The notes: generated from the letters alone by a model not told the origin. Shown: positions 39,988-50,218, numbered from the stretch's first letter. The stretch: DNA of 62,732 bases from a virus (IMGVR_UViG_3300037458_000922:1-62732); one strand, 5' to 3'. A program made the numbers and translations.

Positions 39988-42900
39988 ATGGCTGTTTTTA
40001 AGCCTGTAATTTCGACAGTTGGGTACGGTGTAGGGAACGGGTTAGAACTCTTTGTTCAGACAGATATCTACCGTTACGACATCGATAACCGGCCCCTGGA
40101 AAACTTGGCTGCAAATGATGTCGCGTTGAAAGACGCGATTGATGCCCTCGTGGACGAGATAGAAGACTCCTACGACGGTAAGCAGTGGCCAACTGGATCG
40201 GACTATACCTGGGCCTCCCTAGACACCCGTCTGGATAACATGGACCTCTTCCTCCAGGAGTTGTTCGATATCCGGAATGTGCAGTTTTCCGCTTTCCAAC
40301 AGTCGGCGAACTTCCTTCGCGAGCGGTACACGAGCGGGTTTATGAATGGCCCCTTCCCGGATAAGTTTATCCGGTCGAATTACGCGATGGAGAATAACGA
40401 GTTCATGCCTTCGCCCTTCGGGGGATTCTTCGTTCCTGAGAGCGCCCAGAAGCAACAGAACCAAGATGTCCCGAGCGAAGAGAAGCGCAATACCTTGGCA
40501 ATTGAAACTCGTATTGAGCAGGACGGTGTCTCTCGCCCGGCAAACACTAAACCTCTCTATGTTCTGATGAATGGATTTGTGGTTCCTCTTTACAACAGCC
40601 ATGGAGGAACTGCGGACGCGGCACAGACGACCGATTGTAAGATTGCCTTTGGAAACTTTGGCCAAATCACGATTAACTTCCCTCCGCCGCCGAGCACCGG
40701 GCATCGGTTTGACTTGGCTTTCTTGGAGATGTGGCTTGAGCCCATCAGTGCTTCCAATGAGGTTTTCTACCCATATGGTTCTCGGGATTATGCGATCTGG
40801 GCAGTAGAAGATCTCGCAACAGTCAACGGCACAGATGAAGCATGGTCCGGACAAGTCGTTGGCCGGGATATCGTTAAGATCACCGAAATCCGGAATTCCT
40901 GGGGGATGCAGGTCTATGTCCGGGATGACTCGGCCTCGGTTTCTTGGCCTTCCTGGACCGGAGACACTCCTGTAGCGCGAGATAATGGCTCCGGGGCTCT
41001 GGTAGAGGTTTCTAGCTCTGGCTGGTCGGGGACAATTGACTATGAGACCGGGGAATGGACACTCAACGCCCCCGCCGGTTCTCCTCCTGCCGCAGGGAAG
41101 AATCTCGTGGTTGTGTACCGCTACCAAGCGATCACTGACGCTTCCGACCCTCGGCTGCATGGGACACTCTCCTTCCTAGGAGACGGCAGCTACGTTCAAG
41201 TGCAGTACCGTATCCGCGTTGTACCAGACGTGGACTACGAAACCTATCATGACTGGATGACAGATACGGCAGTCGAAGCGCGAGGACCAAATTCCGCGCC
41301 TGTTGCTACCTATAACTTCCAGAATGCGCTCAATGACTTCCACGACGGGTCTCTCTGGTTTGCCGGTAGCGGAAACAGCGCCTCTAAGACGGACTTGGGT
41401 ACTTTCGACGGTTATATTTATGCCCTTCCGCTGTGTGTATGGTCTCGGTTCAATACTACTGCCTGGTCGTATACAAACCAGAATGGTGGGGTTGACCGCC
41501 CGGATGGTTTAGTACAGTACATCCCTGACGAGCGCCACGTTCTCGATCTTCGTCCGGTCGTCTTCTCCGAACGGTATGACCTCTCGGCGGCGGCAGAAAA
41601 TACTCTCGACAGGATCATTCGAGGGGACCACCGGTCCATCATGGGTCGGCCTTCTGTAGACGCCAACGACGATGGTACTTTTACGGACATTAGCGTTTGG
41701 GGCGTAGAGATCCCTGAACTATGGCGGGTGTACCAGTATTCAGGGCTAGCCATTAACGACAACATCGCGACAGTGAGAGACATCGGGCTCTCTATCAGTT
41801 CTGACCCGAGCGATGGTGCGGACTTTACGGCTCCCGTAGCCCACCACGATGGTATCCGTCGCGTGTTCTCCCCGCAGGAGGAAGTGCAGGAAGTTCCTGT
41901 CACAATTACTGATGTGACCTCTTCGACTGCAGCTAATCCTTCTCCGCTTATCACATACAATAACTCTACGGGGGTTATTACTCTGGCCACCACCAACGCG
42001 CAGTTGTCTGGATACTCGGCAGTGTCTGGCAAGGGCGCGATCATTAACGACTCTTATCCGCGCCTCTGGTGGAGAGGTTCTCGCCAGCCGGTTATTTACT
42101 CCGTCGTGTGGTCAGGGCTTGGCACCAATACGGCAACGGCAACCATTGACACTTCAGCGGCAACGTACGAGCCGAACGGTACTATCGACGGTATCGTTGA
42201 GGTTCTTTACCCGGAATGCACGGGAATCGGGCGTCCTCTGAAGTATTGCGATCACGTACTGTTCCACGATGGTGTAAATAACTATGAGACCGCGATTGCT
42301 GGAAACGAAGACGGTTCTCCGGACGACCGGGACACCATTCTTTGGAAACTCGACAACAGTTTGGAGCCCGGGTTCAACCTCCCCGCTGGGATGTGCTTCG
42401 ACCCAACAGACACATATATCTACGTTTGTGACTCGGCCAATAATCGTGTAACTCGTTTGGTTGCAGCTACACTGGCTTACGACGCTCAGTGGCCGACTCC
42501 TGCAAACTATGACGCAACCTGGGATTTGTCTACGCATTTGCGGTACCCCGCTGATGTGGCCTGTGACGCCGCTGGTAATGTGTACGTGGCAGACCGGGAT
42601 ACCCATCGCGTAGTGAAGCTCAATGCTGGGCTGACCGCCCTTCTCGGGGCTTTTGGGGACGGCACGGGGGCGAACAGCGCGACACACACAACTAGGCTGC
42701 TCTTCCCAGAGGGCGTAACCGTCGATAGCTCCAGTAACGTTTTTGTCGCGGATACGGGGCTCTATCGTCTGGTTAAGCTAAACAGCTCCTTAACCTATGT
42801 CTCCCAGCTCGGCGACGGGACAAGCGGTTCGAGCAAGAGTCAGTTCATTCAGCCTATGGGGTTGGATTGTGGTTCTGTGGGTGGCGACGAGTATGTCTAT

Positions 42901-44997
42901 GTCGCTGACGAGAGCCGTGTAGTTCTAGTAGACCCCACTCAGATGACCATGGAGTCGATTCTCGGGTCCATGATGGGTGCGGACATGCAGGCGTTCTTCC
43001 GGAACCACAACTGGATGTCCATTGATGAAGACGCTTCGGGGAACAAGTACTGTGTCTCTGCTGAAAGAAAGCGGATCTTTAAGTTCAACAGCGGCTTCCA
43101 GCTCATAGCAGCTTTTGGTGAAGACGGGATTCTCGGGTGGGATAACCTACACGTAGCTAACCCCCGGGACGTTGCGTATGACCCTGACGCGGGGCTGGTG
43201 TACGTAGCCGATCACTTCCAGTCTGGGTCTGGGCTCGTTGGCCGGGTACTCATCCTGGACGCAGCGGATCTCTCTTACGTAGACGAGTTCACCTTGACTG
43301 GACCTGGGACGGGCATGGCTTTCTTCCCAAGCGCATCAACTACCGGGAAGCTTTATGTGGCCGGGCAGAACCGCCTGACTAAGATCGCGCTTCCGGTTCC
43401 CGCTTCCCGCTCCGATGCCACGAACTGGACTACGGATTGGAGCGTGACAGCTCTGAGCGGTACCAACCTGCTGCACTGCCATGACGTGGAGGTTAACTCC
43501 GCAGGGACCATCATTTACGTTGGAGACTTCCTGGCTGGGAAGATCTTCAAGGTTGACCCTTCGGGCGGGACTCCTTCGGTGACAGCGACCGCCAACCTCG
43601 TTTCTCAGGGTAAGACCGCTGTTTACCCTGCTGCAATCGGGGTGACCGCGCCGTACGGCATGTGCCTAGATTCCACCGGTAACCATCTGTACGTTTGCGG
43701 TGGTTCGATCGACGGGACAGAAACAGCCGGTGTCATCCGGGATATTGATACCGCGACGATGAACGCAGCGACAAACGACCTATTCGACAATCAGAACTGG
43801 CCGAGTGGCGCTTGGCCGTTCAATATCCGTCTGGCAGCGAATGGGGATCTTTACCTCAGCCTGGCGAACTCGGACACTTTCCTTGTGTACGAACAGCCGT
43901 TCACTCCTGCCACCGGGAACATCTCAACGAACTTCCTGTATGACATCGCGGATCTCCCGCTGGATATCGACCTGGATCTCGCAGTGGAGTGGGAGAACGT
44001 CCGAGCCGTACACCTTAAGGATGACATTCTCTACGTAGCCGACTTGACTACTAACACTATAACTTCTGTGAACGCCGAGAGCCTCTTGGTTCTTGGACAG
44101 ATTGGTTCTCCTGCCGTGGTAGGCCGGGGCAAGGCGTCGATGGCAGGCCCGGGCGGGGTTGTTGTGGACGGAGACGAAATCTGGTTTGCAGACACGTATA
44201 ACAACCGAATTGTCCGGGGTTACCGGCATTTCCCGAACGTCGAAAAGGGTACTGGGCGGATCACCTACCTGATTGCCCCGCCTGCGACGATTACGTGTAC
44301 CTACCAAGCGCGGTATGCTCCTTATCAGGGGTACTGGCGCTTCCTTGATTCCGCAGGGATCTATGGACGGCATTTCGTTTCGGACAACAACCTGCTCTAT
44401 ATCACCACGCTAGGTAGAGGTACTCCGACAACCGTTACTCAGGACGGAGGTATGGGCTTCTACGCGAACATGCTGGCTCACCTTCCAACACCTATTGACT
44501 CCCCGAATAAGTCTCCTCGGGTTACGGACGAGTATATCTTCGCCCCTGAACCCCTCCCGATCACTGGAGAAACCGGAGGTACGCCATTCGTCCGTCTGCC
44601 GGTCATCAACCGGTATCCGGCGTCGGCCCAGGAGATCAATCCTTATTACGGCGGTGGGTCTCGCTTCGACTTCAATCGGGTACTCTTCATCCAGGGGCCG
44701 GGGCGGGCAGGAAGCACTGAGTGGGGCGGAAGTATCCCGCTGGATTACTCACAGCGCGGATTTGAAGCAACAGGGACTTTCGCGGGGTTTGACACCTTAG
44801 AAACCTTCCCGCTGAAAACGCTGTCCATCCCGCGTGTCATCTTCTCGACGGCGATCGTAGAGATTAATGGTGAGGGATACCTCGTAATCTTTGCCACGTA
44901 CAAGGCCGAAGAGCGCAACAGACTTAATGACGGGACGCCTGTTGTGGCGGATCTCTTCCGTCTCTACGGCAACCCTGGGATCAAGACCCGGTACTAA
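39988..44997 (+). CDS. large virion protein with NHL-repeat beta-propeller region
   Basis: Repeats such as FNLPAGMCFD..YIYVCDSANNRV, LRYPADVACDAAGNVYVAD, FPEGVTVDSSSNVFVAD; fibre-like N-terminus DNRPLENLA.ND. Confidence 0.8.
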   Translation: MAVFKPVISTVGYGVGNGLELFVQTDIYRYDIDNRPLENLAANDVALKDAIDALVDEIEDSYDGKQWPTGSDYTWASLDTRLDNMDLFLQELFDIRNVQFSAFQQSANFLRERYTSGFMNGPFPDKFIRSNYAMENNEFMPSPFGGFFVPESAQKQQNQDVPSEEKRNTLAIETRIEQDGVSRPANTKPLYVLMNGFVVPLYNSHGGTADAAQTTDCKIAFGNFGQITINFPPPPSTGHRFDLAFLEMWLEPISASNEVFYPYGSRDYAIWAVEDLATVNGTDEAWSGQVVGRDIVKITEIRNSWGMQVYVRDDSASVSWPSWTGDTPVARDNGSGALVEVSSSGWSGTIDYETGEWTLNAPAGSPPAAGKNLVVVYRYQAITDASDPRLHGTLSFLGDGSYVQVQYRIRVVPDVDYETYHDWMTDTAVEARGPNSAPVATYNFQNALNDFHDGSLWFAGSGNSASKTDLGTFDGYIYALPLCVWSRFNTTAWSYTNQNGGVDRPDGLVQYIPDERHVLDLRPVVFSERYDLSAAAENTLDRIIRGDHRSIMGRPSVDANDDGTFTDISVWGVEIPELWRVYQYSGLAINDNIATVRDIGLSISSDPSDGADFTAPVAHHDGIRRVFSPQEEVQEVPVTITDVTSSTAANPSPLITYNNSTGVITLATTNAQLSGYSAVSGKGAIINDSYPRLWWRGSRQPVIYSVVWSGLGTNTATATIDTSAATYEPNGTIDGIVEVLYPECTGIGRPLKYCDHVLFHDGVNNYETAIAGNEDGSPDDRDTILWKLDNSLEPGFNLPAGMCFDPTDTYIYVCDSANNRVTRLVAATLAYDAQWPTPANYDATWDLSTHLRYPADVACDAAGNVYVADRDTHRVVKLNAGLTALLGAFGDGTGANSATHTTRLLFPEGVTVDSSSNVFVADTGLYRLVKLNSSLTYVSQLGDGTSGSSKSQFIQPMGLDCGSVGGDEYVYVADESRVVLVDPTQMTMESILGSMMGADMQAFFRNHNWMSIDEDASGNKYCVSAERKRIFKFNSGFQLIAAFGEDGILGWDNLHVANPRDVAYDPDAGLVYVADHFQSGSGLVGRVLILDAADLSYVDEFTLTGPGTGMAFFPSASTTGKLYVAGQNRLTKIALPVPASRSDATNWTTDWSVTALSGTNLLHCHDVEVNSAGTIIYVGDFLAGKIFKVDPSGGTPSVTATANLVSQGKTAVYPAAIGVTAPYGMCLDSTGNHLYVCGGSIDGTETAGVIRDIDTATMNAATNDLFDNQNWPSGAWPFNIRLAANGDLYLSLANSDTFLVYEQPFTPATGNISTNFLYDIADLPLDIDLDLAVEWENVRAVHLKDDILYVADLTTNTITSVNAESLLVLGQIGSPAVVGRGKASMAGPGGVVVDGDEIWFADTYNNRIVRGYRHFPNVEKGTGRITYLIAPPATITCTYQARYAPYQGYWRFLDSAGIYGRHFVSDNNLLYITTLGRGTPTTVTQDGGMGFYANMLAHLPTPIDSPNKSPRVTDEYIFAPEPLPITGETGGTPFVRLPVINRYPASAQEINPYYGGGSRFDFNRVLFIQGPGRAGSTEWGGSIPLDYSQRGFEATGTFAGFDTLETFPLKTLSIPRVIFSTAIVEINGEGYLVIFATYKAEERNRLNDGTPVVADLFRLYGNPGIKTRY

Positions 44998-45007
44998 GGA
45001 GTCATAG

Positions 45008-45868
45008 ATGCCTTACGCTGTATTTTCCAAGCGCACTGGGATCATCTCACGGATCGTTCATGATCTGGCGAGCCTTCTCCCCAGTGAATCGTCTATCGAA
45101 GTCACGGATGACATTGCCTTCCCGAAGTCTATCAAGACCAATGTCATCGGGCAGCGGATTAACACCAAGGGCCTTCGTCTCTTTGACGAGGGGGGCGGTG
45201 TCCCTACTATTAAGCCTTATCACCGTGCTTATGATGCCGCAGACCGTGTTATTCATGTAAAACACGAGCCGCTGTTTATTAAAACTTCGGACTTGTCGGG
45301 AGACCCGGTAGAAGAGTTCGTGGACGTACCGATCTACACTCACCCCTTTGCCTGGACCGCCTCCGATCTTGCACAGGTTAAGTATGAATCCATTCTCGCT
45401 GAGAACTATCCATATCAGGTAGTAATCGGAGAAGAGTTCATCACTACTGACCACATCAGTTCGGGCAACTCTTCCGGGTATATCTTGAGCGAAGGGAAGT
45501 GTCTGTTGTCCCCTGGGGGCATCTTGGAGACGGAGGAGTTCTCTTTCGAAGCTCCAAAACGGATTAGCACTTCCCCAACAACATACAACTCCGCGATGCA
45601 GTACGTCTTCGACACTTACTACTTTTCGACAGAACCCGACTTCCCAGCCGGAGTTCGGGTTTATTGGAAGGGGCGGAAGAATTCGGACGGGAACCTCATG
45701 GGGTCCTTCCAGACGATGATAACTGACGAAGAGATGCCGACTACCCAAGACGGGGCCTCTACGGTTACGCCCTGCACCGGGATCATTGTTCGCATCCAGA
45801 ATTTGACAGCCGATATGTTCGAGATCGAGAATTTCATGCTCTTTCTGCGCTTACGTAATGTGCCTTGA
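45008..45868 (+). CDS. hypothetical (probably virion) protein
   Basis: AAGGAG SD; 286 aa. Confidence 0.65.
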   Translation: MPYAVFSKRTGIISRIVHDLASLLPSESSIEVTDDIAFPKSIKTNVIGQRINTKGLRLFDEGGGVPTIKPYHRAYDAADRVIHVKHEPLFIKTSDLSGDPVEEFVDVPIYTHPFAWTASDLAQVKYESILAENYPYQVVIGEEFITTDHISSGNSSGYILSEGKCLLSPGGILETEEFSFEAPKRISTSPTTYNSAMQYVFDTYYFSTEPDFPAGVRVYWKGRKNSDGNLMGSFQTMITDEEMPTTQDGASTVTPCTGIIVRIQNLTADMFEIENFMLFLRLRNVP

Positions 45869-45879
45869 TAGGAGGTAAG

Positions 45880-46284
45880 ATGGCTTTTATTGCTACTGTT
45901 GTGGATATGCCTCAGCTCCGAAGATCAAACTGGAGCCCGCGTAACCCGAAGACCCCGGAACCGCCTATTATTGAGCCCCCGGGTAGAGTTCCTATCAAGC
46001 CCAAGGCTTCGTGCGGGTTTGACCACACTTTCGTCAAAAACATGCCCGCTGGCCCGAGTGGGAAGGGGCGGAAGGCCATCCTATATCGTTATCCTTGCCG
46101 CCGCACTACGGCCCGGCAAGTACGTGTAGCGCGGTATACGAGAAATGCCCCGGCACAGCGCGGAGTTCCTCGGCAGAACCTCCCGGTTTATCGTGGGGAT
46201 CGTCGTATGCGAGCCGTGACTCCTGCCCAGCGCGGGACTCGGGCTATCAATCCGAAACAGACGGTTCCTGAGGATCTGTCGTAA
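45880..46284 (+). CDS. basic Pro/Arg-rich hypothetical protein
   Basis: AGGAGGT SD before ATG 45880. Confidence 0.6.
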   Translation: MAFIATVVDMPQLRRSNWSPRNPKTPEPPIIEPPGRVPIKPKASCGFDHTFVKNMPAGPSGKGRKAILYRYPCRRTTARQVRVARYTRNAPAQRGVPRQNLPVYRGDRRMRAVTPAQRGTRAINPKQTVPEDLS

Positions 46285-46439
46285 TGGAAGGCTCTGCTGT
46301 TGAAGCCGTTCTAGAGGATGTCATTGACCGGCTCATTGAAGAGCACGGTATGGAAATTACTGTTCTGGATTGGGGCATCCTGGAAGACATAAAGGATGCC
46401 TTTGATCGCCCAAAGGATACTTCTGAAAATTCACTATAG
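46284..46439 (+). CDS. 51-aa acidic hypothetical protein (not in the ORF track)
   Basis: TAATG coupling with the upstream stop; MEGSAVEAVLEDVIDRLIEEHG... Confidence 0.55.
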   Translation: MEGSAVEAVLEDVIDRLIEEHGMEITVLDWGILEDIKDAFDRPKDTSENSL

Positions 46440-46462
46440 GGATCTTTAAATAGGAGGAATCA

Positions 46463-46999
46463 ATGCCAAGATGGTCGCACGTTGTTGTCCACCATTCTTG
46501 GACGGGTGATACGACCTTACCCGATGCAGTCGCAATAAGGAAATTTCACACGTCCTACCGCCAAGGCGGAAACATAATTACTGAAACCCAATACAACGCC
46601 CTGAAGGCGGAGGGAGCTTCGGGTCTGGTCACTCCCTGGGCCGATATCGGTTACCATAAGATCGTCGAATACCTTTCAGACGGGCGGCCTTGGGTTCTCG
46701 ATGGCCGGAGTCTCATGCAACCGGGGGCGCATTGCCCACAGCAAGGGATGAACCGAAAAGGAATTGGGGTCTGCTTGGTGGGTAACTTCGATGACGCACC
46801 CCCACCAGAAGACCTCTTCGAAAAAGCTGCTGATCACGTAGCTTGGTTGTGCCGGATGTACAGGATTCCGGTTGAAAACGTTCATGGGCACCGGGAGTTC
46901 GCTTCCTTCAAGAGCTGCCCAGGGACAAAATTCAATCTTGTCTTTTTCCGTGAGCGGGTGGCGGACTACTTGAGTCTCTGGCAACCGCCCGGGAGTTGA
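46463..46999 (+). CDS. N-acetylmuramoyl-L-alanine amidase (Amidase_2; endolysin)
   Basis: HVVVHHS, W.DIGYH, GAHC, N..GIGVCLVGNF, V.GHRE...KSCPG. Confidence 0.93.
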   Translation: MPRWSHVVVHHSWTGDTTLPDAVAIRKFHTSYRQGGNIITETQYNALKAEGASGLVTPWADIGYHKIVEYLSDGRPWVLDGRSLMQPGAHCPQQGMNRKGIGVCLVGNFDDAPPPEDLFEKAADHVAWLCRMYRIPVENVHGHREFASFKSCPGTKFNLVFFRERVADYLSLWQPPGS

Positions 47000-47014
47000 T
47001 ATTAGGGTAGCACT

Positions 47015-47404
47015 ATGGATGTTCTCTTAACGCCATTACTCGCTTTTACGAATCACATCGATATAGTTCACGTACTAGCGTTGAACTTAATTGGGTGGTC
47101 GCTCAAAGGGTGTATGCGTCACCATAATGTTCTATCCCAATGGCATGACACAATTCCTGTGGGTCTGGCGGGGTTTGGGATACTTCTAGCCACAATAGAC
47201 CCCGGGCAATTCGCACGACACCCTATCATCCAGGGATTGGCCGAAGCGGGCATGGCGTGGGTACTGCATCAGGGTATCAAGAGAACGCCCGAGCGGATCA
47301 AGAAACAAATCAGCATGAAGCAGGCAGGGGATAAGGTTAAAGAGGTAACCCAAGGGGTGACTCAAAAAATTAAGTCCTTAGGAGGCTATCGTGCCCAAAA
47401 ATAA
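47015..47404 (+). CDS. putative holin-like membrane protein
   Basis: About three hydrophobic segments and a basic C-terminus; directly after the endolysin. Confidence 0.5.
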   Translation: MDVLLTPLLAFTNHIDIVHVLALNLIGWSLKGCMRHHNVLSQWHDTIPVGLAGFGILLATIDPGQFARHPIIQGLAEAGMAWVLHQGIKRTPERIKKQISMKQAGDKVKEVTQGVTQKIKSLGGYRAQK

Positions 47405-47897
47405 GAATTCTGTTGGGCTCAGTAAAATCGATTTGCTGCTTCTACTCTGGTCGTTGAGACAGAAACTCAATAAAGCCGGAGTTAAAAATCAGGATAAGGT
47501 AGCCCTCGATAAATTATTTAAAGCGTTTTCTGAATTTATTAACAAAGTAGGCCGTAAGGCCAATGAGCCGTGGCAAGAGTTTTTTAGTGCTCAAGCTCTC
47601 GCCATGATGTCCCTGAGCACAGTGATGACACATCATGGAGGTGTGGAAATGGCAAAGATCGATCTCGGAATTACGACCAAGGAGCTGTTGGCTCTCATTC
47701 CTGGCCTTATCGGGGATGTGTGGCCGCTCTATAATGACGACCAGAAGATTTCGGCAGACGAGGGTATTATGATCGCGGCAGTGCTCTTCCGGGCGCTTGC
47801 AGAGCCAACAGACGATCAGTATGCGAAGGCTTTTTTCCTTGCGCAGGCTGAGGCTTTCGAGTCGCTCGCTCCGCTATTTGCTTCGACCGTAGAATAA
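47391..47897 (+). CDS. hypothetical protein (alternative start at 47649)
   Basis: AGGAGG SD before GTG 47391; a second GGAGGT SD before the in-frame ATG 47649. Confidence 0.55.
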   Translation: MPKNKNSVGLSKIDLLLLLWSLRQKLNKAGVKNQDKVALDKLFKAFSEFINKVGRKANEPWQEFFSAQALAMMSLSTVMTHHGGVEMAKIDLGITTKELLALIPGLIGDVWPLYNDDQKISADEGIMIAAVLFRALAEPTDDQYAKAFFLAQAEAFESLAPLFASTVE

Positions 47898-47929
47898 GCC
47901 GGCAATAGTCTCTAATTTCTTTGGTTCTC

Positions 47930-47953
47930 AACCCCGCGCTGCGCGGGGTTTTT
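47930..47953 (+). terminator. intrinsic terminator
   Basis: AACCCCGCGC-T-GCGCGGGGTT palindrome followed by TTT. Confidence 0.7.
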
Positions 47954-48060
47954 GATTTATTATGGGACTGCGCACACTGCGCGAGTGGGGAGTCCTAGAA
48001 ACCAAAGGAGACAAATCGTTATGAGTCTTTCAATAACTATAGCCCTTGGTCTATCTGCTC

Positions 48061-49290
48061 ATGAGTAATCAAAAAATAACTAGAGAGGTTTCGGAGGACG
48101 GCACCATCTCGGTCAGCGTCACTCCTATCGTTAAAAAAGAGATCACGGCGCGTTGGGTGGACTCTGAGGGGGTTCGGCACTATGGGCACACTACAGAAAA
48201 AGAACTTCGTGCGCTGGCCGATATTCCTGATAATTACGTGTGCGTTAGTATCCGCCCTAATACCTGGGCGGCTATGGACAGCATCGGCCCTTTCATATGT
48301 CATCAGATCCGGGGCTTATTCATACCCCCAGATCCTCGACTTACATCCCTGGAGAATCTGCTAGAGCTTATCTCCGGGGCCTCCCCGAAAGTTCCCTACC
48401 TGTTTTCAAATCGTCCTCCTGCTCCAGACAACGAGCGCCGAATGTTAGAGCTTTCTGTTGCAGACCCTCACCTGGGAATGCTCTGTTATGCCCCACACGC
48501 AGACTTGGACTATGATTTAGAGACTGCCGAGAAGACATATCTGTGGGCGATAGAGAATCTCCTCCATAATGGGTTGATGTATGGCCCGGTCGAGAAGATC
48601 CTGTTCCCGATTGGGAACGACTATTTGCACGCGGCCCCCACTCCTTCGGCAGGGAAGGGAAATAACTACACCACTACCAGCGGTGTTGCTCAGCCCGAAA
48701 TGACGGATTGGCACCATGCCTATGAGCGTGGTGAACGTCTTTTGATCCAGGCCATTGACATGCTGAAGTCGGTTGCTCCTGTAGTGGTTCTCGAAGTCTC
48801 GGGAAACCACGATACGTATACCTCCTTTACCATGGCCAGGGTTATGAGGGCGTATTATCATAATGACCGTAATGTCACTGTAGACGCTTCCCCAAACCCC
48901 TACAAGTTCGTTCACTATGGGTGTAACCTGATTGGGTTCAAACACGACGCCAAACCTAACCAGCAGGTACGTCTGGCGGCTCTCATGGCCAACGAGTGTG
49001 CTGCCGCTTGGGCGGCAACTGATAATGGCTACCGGGAGTGGCATATTGCTGACCAACACCGTAAGGGCGTTGGGAGCATCGTGGCAATGGAGGAACAGGG
49101 CGTTTCAGTTGAATTCCTCCCGAGTATTGTCTCCCCCAATGGATGGCACCGGGAGATGACCTTTAACCACCAGAAGCGCGGGGCCATGGGTTGGGTATGG
49201 AACTATGCGACCGGCCCTGAGGCGAGAATCCAGGTCAACCTAGCGCGAAAGAAGACCCTTCAGCAGATGGGCGGAGCCTGTATCCCTTAA
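48061..49290 (+). CDS. calcineurin-like metallophosphoesterase
   Basis: Motifs ADPHLG, GNDYLH, SGNHD, FKHD, HIADQH in canonical order. Confidence 0.8.
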   Translation: MSNQKITREVSEDGTISVSVTPIVKKEITARWVDSEGVRHYGHTTEKELRALADIPDNYVCVSIRPNTWAAMDSIGPFICHQIRGLFIPPDPRLTSLENLLELISGASPKVPYLFSNRPPAPDNERRMLELSVADPHLGMLCYAPHADLDYDLETAEKTYLWAIENLLHNGLMYGPVEKILFPIGNDYLHAAPTPSAGKGNNYTTTSGVAQPEMTDWHHAYERGERLLIQAIDMLKSVAPVVVLEVSGNHDTYTSFTMARVMRAYYHNDRNVTVDASPNPYKFVHYGCNLIGFKHDAKPNQQVRLAALMANECAAAWAATDNGYREWHIADQHRKGVGSIVAMEEQGVSVEFLPSIVSPNGWHREMTFNHQKRGAMGWVWNYATGPEARIQVNLARKKTLQQMGGACIP

Positions 49291-49317
49291 TGCCTTCGAC
49301 AAAGAAAGGACAGTAAT

Positions 49318-49740
49318 ATGACGTGGACAGATGTTTTGTGGTTGGTTGTGCTAATTCCGGTGGCGTTTATCCAGAATATGGTGTTTACTGCGGTTTCGCG
49401 CTCTAGAAACAGCGGAGACCCCCATTACCACAGGTGGTGGGCCTATGCTTCTAACGGCATCTGGCTAGTTTGCCAGTTCTTTATCTGGAAGCACTTTTGG
49501 GCAGCCTTCAGCGAAGCAGACTACTTGGCAATGGCTTGCATGGCTGTCATCTACACCATTTCTACCGCCGAGGGTTCTGTCTTCATGATGCGAGAGATGC
49601 TCAAGCAGGAATCTGGAGCCCGGAAGGTTGGGGCAGACCAGAAGCGAGAAGAAGAGTTCGCGGTAATGAAGAAAGAGCTAGGAGAGCTTAATAACATTAT
49701 GGCGCGGTTTAAAGCTCGAATGGATGGCGCAGGTTTGTAA
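49318..49740 (+). CDS. small membrane protein
   Basis: Three hydrophobic helices; AAAGGA SD. Confidence 0.65.
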   Translation: MTWTDVLWLVVLIPVAFIQNMVFTAVSRSRNSGDPHYHRWWAYASNGIWLVCQFFIWKHFWAAFSEADYLAMACMAVIYTISTAEGSVFMMREMLKQESGARKVGADQKREEEFAVMKKELGELNNIMARFKARMDGAGL

Positions 49741-49813
49741 GCCTAGTTCGCAACGTTTATGTACAACCCCGGATATTATCCGGGGTTTATTGTCTGTAGA
49801 AAGGAGTTTCAAA

Positions 49814-50137
49814 ATGGCTATTGGATGGGTTTCAGTTGTGTCGTTCGCCTGGCAGTACGTTATTCCAGCCCTTAAGGACTGTGCAGACGTGCTGATGAAG
49901 GGCACCTATGGTTATGTCAAGGACCGCGTGGATGACGTTGATGTCCTGGAAGAAAAGGGCCTGGGTAAGAGAACCCTGGTCTATGACGGGGCGCTGGAGT
50001 TCCTTGAGGAGAAGGGAATTGACACCAGCACAGTCTCATCGGCGCTTATCTATCTCCTGATCGAGATCGCAGTCGTCAATCTGAAGAAGCGGAAGAACAA
50101 GCTCCGGAAGCCTGCGAAGACTTCGATTTCGTCCTGA
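49814..50137 (+). CDS. hypothetical protein
   Basis: AAGGAG SD before ATG 49814. Confidence 0.6.
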   Translation: MAIGWVSVVSFAWQYVIPALKDCADVLMKGTYGYVKDRVDDVDVLEEKGLGKRTLVYDGALEFLEEKGIDTSTVSSALIYLLIEIAVVNLKKRKNKLRKPAKTSISS

Positions 50138-50150
50138 AATACTGATAGGG

Positions 50151-50179
50151 TTGACCTTTTTATCCTACTCCTCTATATT
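50151..50179 (+). promoter_or_regulatory. sigma70-like promoter for the HU gene
   Basis: TTGACC-N17-TATATT. Confidence 0.65.
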
Positions 50180-50218
50180 TCAGAGGTGTCGCAGGTGTTT
50201 GTGTAGTCTGGAGGCGAA

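Noticed and set aside
34377-44997. Diversity-generating retroelement targeting fibre genes
   Set aside because: No reverse transcriptase in the window, and no adenine-mismatched repeat pair noticed
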